Positions 1 to 7,736 of a stretch of DNA of 32,000 nucleotides are shown piece after piece (the stretch's first letter is position 1; every line of letters begins with the position of its first letter). The notes under the pieces are model-generated. The model was given only the letters and a program-made list of their open reading frames with translations. It was not told the DNA's origin and ran no database searches. The position numbers and the translations under genes are program-made. The DNA comes from Crenobacter intestini (GTDB lineage: Bacteria; Pseudomonadota; Gammaproteobacteria; Burkholderiales; Chromobacteriaceae), in NCBI RefSeq assembly GCF_004919095.1, contig NZ_STGJ01000017.1:13275-45274 (forward strand). The letters are read 5' to 3'.

Positions 1-39
1 CGGGTTGCCCAGGCCGACGATCAGGCGGATGGCGGACAT
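1..39 (-). CDS. pth: peptidyl-tRNA hydrolase, N-terminal 13 codons only (runs off window)
   Basis: Minus-strand ATG at 39-37 with GGAGG 7 nt upstream. The 13 codons read MSAIRLIVGLGNP, the conserved Pth N-terminus. It lies downstream of rplY, as is common. Confidence 0.6.
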   Translation of the reverse strand, partial: MSAIRLIVGLGNP

Positions 40-136
40 CTTCTACCTCCAGGCGTGTGGCCGGATAGCGCCGGCCATGAAAAAGGCTCGCAGCCTCCCG
101 GACGGGACGCGGCGAGCCTGGCTTGGCCGAAAGCGA

Positions 137-712
137 TTAGACGGCAGCGATACCGGTGGCGGTCGCCACGGTCGCGTTTTCGCCACGCGCCAGAGCGACC
201 AGTTCAACGCCTTCCGGCAGTTTCAGGTCGGACAGGTGCAGGATGGAGCCAGCGGACATGGCCGACAGGTCAGCTTCGACGAAGGACGGCAGAGCCGCCG
301 GCAGCGAGCGAACTTCGACTTCGGTCGCCACGTGGGTCACGCTACCGCTCTGCAGCTTGACGGCCGGGCAGACATCGCCGCCGACGAAGTGCAGCGGAAC
401 CTTCACGTTCACTTTCTGGTTCGGGTTCACGCGCTGGAAGTCGATGTGCATGACTTGCGCCTTGTACGGGTGCATCTGGAAGTCGCGCAGCAGCACGGCT
501 TCTTTGGCGCCGTCGATCACCAGGTCCAGCACGCTGGCGTGGAAAGCTTCTTCTTTCAGCGCGTAGAACAGGGTGTTGTGGTCCAGGGTCAGGGACACGG
601 CGTCCTTGTTGTCGCCGTAAACGACAGCCGGCACCTTGCCAGCGTGACGCAGGCGGCGGCTCGCACCCGTACCCATCTCTTCGCGCTTGGCAGCAATCAG
701 TTCGTAAGCCAT
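137..712 (-). CDS. rplY: 50S ribosomal protein L25 / general stress protein Ctc
   Basis: 191-aa ORF MAYELIAAKREEMGTGASRRLRHAGKVPAVVYG... with a typical long-form L25/Ctc N-terminus. GGAG lies upstream of the ATG at 712. Confidence 0.93.
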   Translation of the reverse strand: MAYELIAAKREEMGTGASRRLRHAGKVPAVVYGDNKDAVSLTLDHNTLFYALKEEAFHASVLDLVIDGAKEAVLLRDFQMHPYKAQVMHIDFQRVNPNQKVNVKVPLHFVGGDVCPAVKLQSGSVTHVATEVEVRSLPAALPSFVEADLSAMSAGSILHLSDLKLPEGVELVALARGENATVATATGIAAV

Positions 713-776
713 GGAAATACTCCGTTTATTTCAGGGTTGAATTCGATCCGCCCACCGCGACCAGCGGGCGAACCGT

Positions 777-1760
777 TTACGGCAGGCAGGCGCCTGTCGA
801 AACCAGATCCTCATTGAAGAGGTAGGACACCGACTCTTCGTTGTTGATGCGACGCAGGGTCTCGGCGATCAGCCCGGCGATCGAGCAGACGCGGATGCGG
901 CTGCTCTGGCGTGCCTGGGCCGACAGCGGGATGGTGTCCGTCACCACCACCTGGTCGATGTCCGAATTGTTGATGCGGTCTACCGCCTGGCCGGAGAACA
1001 CGGCGTGCGTCGCGTAGGCGAGCACGCGCTCGGCCCCGCGCTCTTTCAGCGCGGACGCGGCCTTGCACAGCGTGTTGGCGGTGTCGATCATGTCGTCGAC
1101 GATCAGGCAGGTACGGCCCGACACGTCACCGATGATGTTCATGACCTCGGCGACGTTGGCCTTCGGACGGCGCTTGTCGATGATCGCGAGGTCGGTGTTC
1201 AGTGCCTTGGCGACGGCACGCGCACGCACCACGCCGCCGACGTCCGGGCTGACCACGATCAGGTCTTCGATGCGCTGCGCGCGGATGTCTTTGAGCAGCA
1301 CCGGCGTCGCGTAGACGTTGTCCACCGGCATGTCGAAGAAGCCCTGGATCTGGTCGGCGTGCAGGTCGACGGTCAGCACGCGGTCGATGCCGGCGCTGGT
1401 CAGCATGTTGGCGACCAGCTTGGCGGTGATCGGCACGCGGGCCGAACGCGGACGACGGTCCTGGCGCGCGTAACCGAAGTACGGGATCGCCGCGGTAATC
1501 CGGCCGGCGGACGCACGCTTGAGCGCGTCGGCCATGGTCAGGATTTCCATCAGGTTGTCGTTGGTCGGCGCGCAGGTCGACTGCAGGATGAACACGTCGC
1601 GGCCGCGCACGTTCTCCAGCAGTTCGACGGCCACTTCGCCGTCGCTGAACTTGCCGACGTCGGCACGCCCCATCGAAATGTCCAGATGCTTGACTACATT
1701 CTGAGCCAGTTCCGGGTTTGCGGTCCCGGTAAATACCATCAAGCTGTCGTAAGCCGCCAT
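777..1760 (-). CDS. prs: ribose-phosphate pyrophosphokinase
   Basis: From the internal ATG at 1760: [20 protein letters not shown]...[37 protein letters not shown]...[11 protein letters not shown], which are Prs signature segments. The upstream extension of the ORF track is just a read-through of the tRNA-Gln sequence. Confidence 0.95.
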   Translation of the reverse strand: MAAYDSLMVFTGTANPELAQNVVKHLDISMGRADVGKFSDGEVAVELLENVRGRDVFILQSTCAPTNDNLMEILTMADALKRASAGRITAAIPYFGYARQDRRPRSARVPITAKLVANMLTSAGIDRVLTVDLHADQIQGFFDMPVDNVYATPVLLKDIRAQRIEDLIVVSPDVGGVVRARAVAKALNTDLAIIDKRRPKANVAEVMNIIGDVSGRTCLIVDDMIDTANTLCKAASALKERGAERVLAYATHAVFSGQAVDRINNSDIDQVVVTDTIPLSAQARQSSRIRVCSIAGLIAETLRRINNEESVSYLFNEDLVSTGACLP

Positions 1761-1785
1761 CGCCAATTCGCCTGTCACTGAGCTG

Positions 1786-1824
1786 AATAAAGAAAAAGCG
1801 TGTAAGGGTTCCTTACACGCTTTT
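1786..1824 (-). terminator. intrinsic terminator after tRNA-Gln (hairpin usable on both strands)
   Basis: aagcgtgtaagg-gtt-ccttacacgctt is a 12-bp stem. On the minus strand it is followed by TTTTTCTTTATT. It begins ~8 nt after the tRNA 3' end. Confidence 0.6.
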
Positions 1825-1831
1825 CTGGATC

Positions 1832-1906
1832 TGGCTGAGGAGGTAGGGATCGAACCTACGAATGCCGGAATCAAAATCCGGTGCCTTACCACTTGGCGAC
1901 TCCCCA
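1832..1906 (-). tRNA. tRNA-Gln (anticodon UUG)
   Basis: The reverse complement TGGGGAGTCGCCAAGTGGTAAGGCACCGGATTTTGATTCCGGCATTCGTAGGTTCGATCCCTACCTCCTCAGCCA folds as a cloverleaf. The anticodon loop is ATTTTGA, the T-loop GGTTCGATCC, and CCA is encoded. Confidence 0.93.
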
Positions 1907-1916
1907 GTAAACTGCT

Positions 1917-2765
1917 TCAGACCTTGTCGAACAACGGATGCGCCTGTAAACCCTTGGCGACGAACCCGTCGAATTTTCTCGACACTGCCTCGAAAATCTT
2001 GTTTGCCTGGCTCTGCGACCTGCACTCCAGAAACACACAACTACCGGAGCCGGTCATCAGCGGCGAACCGTATTGCGCCAGGTCATTCAGCGCCTCGTTC
2101 ACCACCGGGTACATCTCGCAAACAACTGACTGCAAATCGTTTTGTTTTTGCTGTGTCGTTTGGAGGACTCGAATTATGGAGAAACCGGTTTTTCCTGTCA
2201 ACACCCTTTGCGCGAAATTTTTGAAAATATCTGCTGTAGGCACATTTACTGGTGGTTTCAATACCACATACCACGCCTCGGGCACCTTGATTTCATTGAG
2301 TCTCTCGCCGATGCCCTGCGCACGCGCGGCACGCCCGAAAATGAAGACAGGCACGTCGGCGCCCAGTTGCACGCCCAGTTGCATCAGCGCTTCGCGGTCG
2401 AGGCCGCAGCCCCACAGCCGGTTGAGCGCGACCAGTACGGTCGCCGCGTCCGAACTGCCGCCGCCCAGCCCCCCGCCCATCGGGATACGTTTGGTCAGGC
2501 GGATGTTCACCCCCAGTGCGCTGCCACTCGCCTCTTTCAGCAGGCGCGCCGCGCGCACCGTCAGGTCCGCTTCGGCCGGCACGCCGGCGATCGGGTTGTC
2601 GAGTACCACCGCTCCGTCGTCGCGCAGCGCGAGCTCGACGGTGTCGGCGCGGTCGATGAAGACGAAGTCGGTATCGAGCAGATGGTAGCCATCTTCGCGG
2701 CGGCCGACGACGCGCAGCTCCAGGTTCAGTTTGGCCGGCGCGGGAAAGGCAAGGTAGTTGGACAT
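1917..2765 (-). CDS. ispE: 4-diphosphocytidyl-2-C-methyl-D-erythritol kinase
   Basis: 282 aa with N-terminal PAPAKLNLELRVVGRREDGYH and the GHMP kinase motif PMGGGLGGGSSDAA. The C-terminus (MTGSGSCVF...GFVAKG) resembles the E. coli IspE end. Confidence 0.92.
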   Translation of the reverse strand: MSNYLAFPAPAKLNLELRVVGRREDGYHLLDTDFVFIDRADTVELALRDDGAVVLDNPIAGVPAEADLTVRAARLLKEASGSALGVNIRLTKRIPMGGGLGGGSSDAATVLVALNRLWGCGLDREALMQLGVQLGADVPVFIFGRAARAQGIGERLNEIKVPEAWYVVLKPPVNVPTADIFKNFAQRVLTGKTGFSIIRVLQTTQQKQNDLQSVVCEMYPVVNEALNDLAQYGSPLMTGSGSCVFLECRSQSQANKIFEAVSRKFDGFVAKGLQAHPLFDKV

Positions 2766-2805
2766 GGGTGTCTACAAGATATCTATATGGGGGAAGCGCC
2801 GGCGC

Positions 2806-3372
2806 TTACGGCGTGACGGCCAGCGGGTACGGCCGCCACTGGCTGGCGACGATGCGCAGCACGATGCCGTCGCGCGACAGTTCGATGCGCCGCGGGTAGG
2901 CCGAACCGGCCTCGTCGGCGGTGAAGCGGATCTGCCAGCCCTGCTGCTCGAGTGCGCCGTCGGGCAGCGTCACGGCCGGCACGCCCGGCGCGCGGTGTCC
3001 GCGCACCCACCACACCAGGTTGGACAAGGGCAGCGGCCAGCCGAGCACCTGTTCGGTCAGCGTCTCGACGTCGTCCGCCTGCCAGCGCTTGCCGTCGGCC
3101 TCCAGCACCACGCCCGCGGCGTCGCGGGTCACCCGTGCGACGGTGTTGCCCAGCGGCGTGTTGACCGACAGCGCGTCGCGCCCGGCGGCGTGCGTCCAGT
3201 CGAACTGGGCGAGCTGGCCCTTGCCGTCGACCTGCACCGACAGGCGGCCGGACAGCGCGAACGGCGCGTCCGCCACCATCTCCTGCTGCGGGCGGAACGC
3301 GACCTGCGTCGCGCACGCGCCAAGCAGCAGCGGCAGCGTCATGCACGCCGCGCGGATCAGCGCGCGCTTCAT
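2806..3372 (-). CDS. lolB: outer-membrane lipoprotein LolB
   Basis: From the ATG at 3372: MKRALIRAACMTLPLLLGAC with lipobox LLGAC. The GWPLPLSNLVWWVRG segment parallels E. coli LolB GMPIPLNSLRQWILG. It sits in the conserved position upstream of ispE, and its ATGA overlaps the upstream gene's stop. Confidence 0.85.
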   Translation of the reverse strand: MKRALIRAACMTLPLLLGACATQVAFRPQQEMVADAPFALSGRLSVQVDGKGQLAQFDWTHAAGRDALSVNTPLGNTVARVTRDAAGVVLEADGKRWQADDVETLTEQVLGWPLPLSNLVWWVRGHRAPGVPAVTLPDGALEQQGWQIRFTADEAGSAYPRRIELSRDGIVLRIVASQWRPYPLAVTP

Positions 3373-5093
3373 GGCGCGAAGCGCCGCATGGTTTCGAGCA
3401 GCACCGGATGGTCCGGCGCCTTCGCGCGCTCGGCCTGCCACAGCTTGCGCGCCTCAGCGCGCCGGCCGAGCGTCCACAGCACTTCGCCTAGGTGCGCGGC
3501 GACCTCGGGGTCGGGCATTGCCTTGTACGCCCGTTCGAGGTAGGGCAAGGCGTCGGCGCTGCGGCCGGCCTTGAACAGCGCCCAGCCCATGCTGTCGAGG
3601 ATCATCGGGTTGTCCGGGTCGGCCCTCAGCGCCTGCTCGACCAGACGCAGCCCCTCGGTGTGGCGGCCGGTGCGGTTGACGAGCAGGTAGCCCAGCGCGT
3701 TCAGCCCCTGCGCGTCGTCGGCCTTCTGCTTGAGGTAGGCGCGCAGGTCGCGCTCGGCGGCCTTGTAGTCGCCCCGCTGCTCCAACACCAGCGCGCGCTC
3801 GTACAAGAGTTCGGGGCTGTCCGGCTGGTCGGCCAGCGCGGTGTCGAGGTAGCGCTCGGCCAGGTCCAGCCGTCCGGCCTCGCGGGCAAACTGCGACTGG
3901 TAGAGCACCAGCTGCACCTGCTCGGCCGCCGTCGCGTCGAGCGCGCCCATGCGCGCGAGCACCGCGTCGACGTCGCCATCCTTCAGGTCGAGCGCGGCGA
4001 GGCGTATCTGCGCCGGCAAGTAGTGCTGTCCGGGCGCAACCTGCGCGTACCACCTGCGCGCTTCCTGCGGCGCCTTGTTCGCCTCGGCCAATTGCCCAAG
4101 CGTCAGACGCAGGTAGTCGGCCTCTGGGTGGCCGCCTGCGAGCGCCTGCTCGAGGTAGGGGCCGGCGGCAGCCAGGTCGCGCAACTGGAACGAGAGCAGA
4201 CCCAGCGCGTAGAGGATGTCGGGGTTGCCCGGGTTGCGCCCGAGCGCGGCGGCGAACGCGTCGCGCGCCTCGGGGAAGCGCTTGCCGTTCACCAGGAGGC
4301 GCGGGTACGCGAGCTGCAGCTCGACGCCGGCCTGCGGGCGGCGGGCGAGTTCGCGCGCAAGGAAGGTAAGCGCCGCGTCGTTGCCCTTCTGGCGCAGGCG
4401 GTCGACCTGCCAGGCGACCGGCAAGTCCCAGCGCGGGGCGACGCGGGCGAGCGTGTCGAATTCCGCGGCCACCGCCTGCTCGTCCCCCGCCTCGGCCGCT
4501 GCCGACAGCACCGCGAAGCGCGCCTCGGGCAGTTCGGGAAACGGCGTGGCCAGCCTCTGCACCAGCGCGTACGCCTGCTTCGGGTCGCTCTGCCGCGAAG
4601 TGAGGCGCGCCAGTTGCACGAACACCGCGGCCGCACGCTCAGGGTGGTCGGCCAGCAGGCGGCTGACCAGCGCCTCGCTGTCGGAGAGCTTGCCGCCGCG
4701 CAACTGCGCAACCAGCAGTTGTTCGCGGGCAAGGTCGGACGCGGGGTCGAGCTCGACCCACTTCTCGAGCGCCTGTGTCGCCGTCGTCAGCTGGCCTGCG
4801 AGCATCGCGAACTCGGCCGCGCGCCGCGCGAGGCGCGGGTCGTTCAGCTCGCGCGCGAGCTCAAGATAAGTGGCGGCGGAGACTGCCGACGCGCCGCGCT
4901 GCGCGGCCAGTTCGCTGGCGAGCACGCCGTAGACGATCTGCGGCGTCAGCGGGTGCGCGGGCAGCTTCGCTTCGGTCGCGGCAGGCGCCGCAGCCACTGC
5001 CGGCGCGGCGGGCTTGGCCGGCGTACGCAGTTGGGCACAGCCGGAGAGCAACAGCGCGGACAAGGACACGCACAAGGAAAAATACGTTTTCAT
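3369..5093 (-). CDS. tetratricopeptide-repeat lipoprotein (function unknown)
   Basis: From the ATG at 5093: MKTYFSLCVSLSALLLSGC (lipobox LSGC). Repeated A/L/Y-rich 34-aa TPR-like units run throughout. It is translationally coupled to lolB. Confidence 0.85.
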   Translation of the reverse strand: MKTYFSLCVSLSALLLSGCAQLRTPAKPAAPAVAAAPAATEAKLPAHPLTPQIVYGVLASELAAQRGASAVSAATYLELARELNDPRLARRAAEFAMLAGQLTTATQALEKWVELDPASDLAREQLLVAQLRGGKLSDSEALVSRLLADHPERAAAVFVQLARLTSRQSDPKQAYALVQRLATPFPELPEARFAVLSAAAEAGDEQAVAAEFDTLARVAPRWDLPVAWQVDRLRQKGNDAALTFLARELARRPQAGVELQLAYPRLLVNGKRFPEARDAFAAALGRNPGNPDILYALGLLSFQLRDLAAAGPYLEQALAGGHPEADYLRLTLGQLAEANKAPQEARRWYAQVAPGQHYLPAQIRLAALDLKDGDVDAVLARMGALDATAAEQVQLVLYQSQFAREAGRLDLAERYLDTALADQPDSPELLYERALVLEQRGDYKAAERDLRAYLKQKADDAQGLNALGYLLVNRTGRHTEGLRLVEQALRADPDNPMILDSMGWALFKAGRSADALPYLERAYKAMPDPEVAAHLGEVLWTLGRRAEARKLWQAERAKAPDHPVLLETMRRFAP

Positions 5094-5145
5094 AGGGTTT
5101 CCCGTTAAGCGCCTAGAATAGCATGTCGTCCACCGGAGGCTCAGC

Positions 5146-5964
5146 ATGCCAGAACTGCCAGAAGTCGAAACCACCCGCCGCGGCGTCGAAGCGTTGCTGA
5201 CCGGCGCCACCGTGCGCGATGTCGTCGTGCGCAACGGCGCCTTGCGCTGGCCGGTGCCGCCCGACTTGCCGGCCATCCTCACCGGGCAACGCATCGAACG
5301 CGTCGCGCGCCGCGCCAAGTATCTGTTGGTCGAATGCGCGCAAGGCACGCTGATCATTCATCTGGGCATGTCCGGCAGCCTGCGTTTCGTCGACACCGGC
5401 ACCCCGCCCGAGAAGCACGACCATGTCGACATCGTGCTGGGCAGCGGCCATACGCTGCGCTACCGCGACCCACGCCGCTTCGGCGCGGTGCTGTGGCAAT
5501 ACGGCGACGCCCGCAGCCACCCGCTGCTTGCCCGCCTCGGCCCCGAACCGCTGTCCGACGCCTTCGACGGCGACGTGCTGCACAGGGCGACGCGCAAACG
5601 CTCCGGCGCGATCAAGGTCGCGCTGATGGACAACGCGCTGGTGGTCGGCGTCGGCAATATCTACGCGAACGAGGCACTGTTCATCGCCGGCGTACACCCG
5701 GCGCGCGCCGCGTGCGGACTTGACCGCGACGCCTGCCACCGGCTCGCGGACGCGGTACGCGACGTGCTCACCCGTGCCATCGCCGCCGGCGGCAGCACGC
5801 TGCGCGATTTTGTCGACGCCGTCGGCAAGCCCGGCTACTTCCAGCAGCAGTATTTCGTGTACGGGCGCACCGACCTGCCCTGCCTGCGCTGCGGCACGCC
5901 GATCCGCGCCCTGCGCCTCGCACAGCGGACCGCGTTCTTTTGCCCGCATTGCCAGCCATGCTAG
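5146..5964 (+). CDS. mutM: formamidopyrimidine-DNA glycosylase
   Basis: MPELPEVETTRRG is the catalytic N-terminal Pro-Glu-Leu-Pro-Glu-Val. The C-terminal zinc finger is CLRCGTPI...FFCPHCQ. GGAGG lies 7 nt upstream. Confidence 0.95.
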   Translation: MPELPEVETTRRGVEALLTGATVRDVVVRNGALRWPVPPDLPAILTGQRIERVARRAKYLLVECAQGTLIIHLGMSGSLRFVDTGTPPEKHDHVDIVLGSGHTLRYRDPRRFGAVLWQYGDARSHPLLARLGPEPLSDAFDGDVLHRATRKRSGAIKVALMDNALVVGVGNIYANEALFIAGVHPARAACGLDRDACHRLADAVRDVLTRAIAAGGSTLRDFVDAVGKPGYFQQQYFVYGRTDLPCLRCGTPIRALRLAQRTAFFCPHCQPC

Positions 5965-6821
5965 AGTGCGCCTTTGCCCGACCCCGCCAAACCCCCGTGA
6001 GCACCAAGACCACCCCGTATCTCGTGCGCGCCTGGCGCCTGACCCGCATGCTGCTGCACGTGCTGCACGGCGCGCTGATCCTCGCCGTGCGCTACCCCCG
6101 CCTGACCAACCCCGAACGCGCGGTGATCACCCGCGCGTGGGCACGCAAGATGCTCGACATCTTCGGCGTGAGGCTGGCCATCCGCGGCGACAATCCGGGC
6201 TTCTACCCGGCCAATACCCTGCTGGTCGCCAACCATGTGTCGTGGCTGGACATCATCGCGCTCTCCGGCGGTACGGTGTCGCGCTTCGTCGCCAAGAAGG
6301 AAATCCGCACCTGGCCTGCCATCGGCTGGATGGCGGCCAACGGCGGCACGCTGTTCATCGACCGCAGCAACCGCCGCGACGCCAGCCGCGTCAACGGCCA
6401 GCTGGCCGAGGCGCTCGAGCAGGGCGGCTGCATGTCGGTATTTCCGGAAGGGACGACCAGCGACGGCTTCGGCCTGTTGCCGTTCAAGTCGTCCCTGTTC
6501 GAGTCGGCGGTGATCGCCGGCAGCCAGGTGCAGCCGGTGGCGATCCGCTACCTGGACGAGACGGGCGCGCTGACCGACAAGGTGGCCTTTATCGGCGAGG
6601 CGACCATCGCCCAGACGCTGGGCCGCCTGCTCGCGACGCGGCGCCTGACCGTCGAGCTGGTTTACGGCCAACGCCTGCAGGCCGGCGCGCCGGGGCTCGC
6701 CACCCGCTTCGAGCTGTCGGCCGCCGCGCGCGAAGAGATCCTCGCCGCGCTGGGCCTCAAGGAAGAGCGCGTAGAGGCGCCGTGCGACCAGGCTGCCGAC
6801 CCGGCGCTCGCGCCGAACTGA
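5958..6821 (+). CDS. lysophospholipid (1-acyl-sn-glycerol-3-phosphate) acyltransferase family protein; start uncertain
   Basis: Acyltransferase motifs NHVSWLD (HX4D) and FPEGTTS are present. The track start at 5940 is TTG. The first ATG is 5958 (7-nt overlap with mutM) and GTG 5998 is also possible. Confidence 0.8.
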   Translation: MLECAFARPRQTPVSTKTTPYLVRAWRLTRMLLHVLHGALILAVRYPRLTNPERAVITRAWARKMLDIFGVRLAIRGDNPGFYPANTLLVANHVSWLDIIALSGGTVSRFVAKKEIRTWPAIGWMAANGGTLFIDRSNRRDASRVNGQLAEALEQGGCMSVFPEGTTSDGFGLLPFKSSLFESAVIAGSQVQPVAIRYLDETGALTDKVAFIGEATIAQTLGRLLATRRLTVELVYGQRLQAGAPGLATRFELSAAAREEILAALGLKEERVEAPCDQAADPALAPN

Positions 6822-6822
6822 G

Positions 6823-7641
6823 CTAGCCGATCGCCCGAAACGCCGGGCAAGGCTGGGCGAACACCTGCCTGTCCTCCAGCCTTAACGCAGTCAGGCTGCC
6901 GCCCCACAGGCAGCCGCTGTCGATCGCGCACACGTCCTCTTCCATCCGCAAGCCAAGCGCCGACCAGTGCCCGCACACGATGGGCGTGCCGGCGCTCTTG
7001 CGCCCCGGCGCGTCAAACCACGGCACCAGGTTGGCCGGCGCGTCCGGCAGCTCGCCCTTGAACGCGAAGTCGATCTCGCCGTCGCGCCCGACCAGCCGCA
7101 TCCGCGTCATCGCGTTGACCGTCAGCCGCATGCGGTCGATGCCGCGCAGCTCCTCGCTCCAGCGCGCAGGCTTGTTGCCGTACATCCTGGAGAGGAAATA
7201 CCGGTAGTCCTTGCCGGCGAGCGTCTCCTCCACCTCTTCGGCGAGATCCAGCGCCTTCTCGATGTCCCACTGCGGCAACAGGCCCGCGTGCACCATCGCC
7301 CACTCGCCGTCATACAGCATCAGCGGCTGGCAGCGCAGCCAGTCGAGCATCAGCTTGCCGTCGGACGCGTCGAGGATGGGCGTGAGGGTGTCGCTCTTGC
7401 CCAAGCGGCCGTAACCCTCGGCCACCGCCAGCAGGTGCAGGTCGTGGTTGCCGAGCACCATGTGCAGCGAATCCTGGTGGCGGAACGCCCAGCGCAACAC
7501 GTCGAGCGAGCCCGGCCCGCGGTTGACCAGGTCGCCGGTCAGCCACAGCGTGTCGCGCGACGGGCTGAAGTCGATGCGTTGCAACAAGTCGAGCAGGGGC
7601 TGGTAGCAGCCCTGGATATCGCCGATGGCGTAGGTGGACAT
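6823..7641 (-). CDS. apaH: bis(5'-nucleosyl)-tetraphosphatase, symmetrical
   Basis: From the ATG at 7641: MSTYAIGDIQGCYQPLLDLL...LWLTGDLVNRGPGS...GNHD, the ApaH metallophosphatase motifs. Confidence 0.92.
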   Translation of the reverse strand: MSTYAIGDIQGCYQPLLDLLQRIDFSPSRDTLWLTGDLVNRGPGSLDVLRWAFRHQDSLHMVLGNHDLHLLAVAEGYGRLGKSDTLTPILDASDGKLMLDWLRCQPLMLYDGEWAMVHAGLLPQWDIEKALDLAEEVEETLAGKDYRYFLSRMYGNKPARWSEELRGIDRMRLTVNAMTRMRLVGRDGEIDFAFKGELPDAPANLVPWFDAPGRKSAGTPIVCGHWSALGLRMEEDVCAIDSGCLWGGSLTALRLEDRQVFAQPCPAFRAIG

Positions 7642-7696
7642 GGCAGGCCTTGCAAGCGGGAGTCTTTGTCTGTGGCCATGATACCGCAAGGGGGCG

Positions 7697-7705
7697 TGCT
7701 AGAAT
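7697..7705 (+). promoter_or_regulatory. candidate extended -10 (TGcTAGAAT) for rep
   Basis: tgctagaat lies 32 nt upstream of the ATG at 7737. If used, the ATG at 7704 sits inside the -10, which favours 7737 as the rep start. No convincing -35 was seen. Confidence 0.3.
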
Positions 7706-7736
7706 GCCCACCCGCACCACCGCCCCCCGCCCGCCG

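Noticed and set aside
5-817. 270-aa plus-strand ORF (and 156-566, 1005-1781) opposite rplY/prs
   Set aside because: These are antisense shadow ORFs typical of high-GC DNA, with Arg/Gly/His-rich nonsense composition. The opposite strand encodes unmistakable L25 and Prs.
3492-5108. 538-aa plus-strand ORF opposite the TPR lipoprotein gene, plus several nested Arg/Ala-rich ORFs
   Set aside because: It is the mirror frame of a well-supported gene, has no SD, and has a low-complexity R/A/G/V composition.
6819-6825. Convergent acyltransferase and apaH stop codons only 1 nt apart with no terminator
   Set aside because: This is unusual-looking but common in compact high-GC genomes, and nothing further in the sequence suggests a function.
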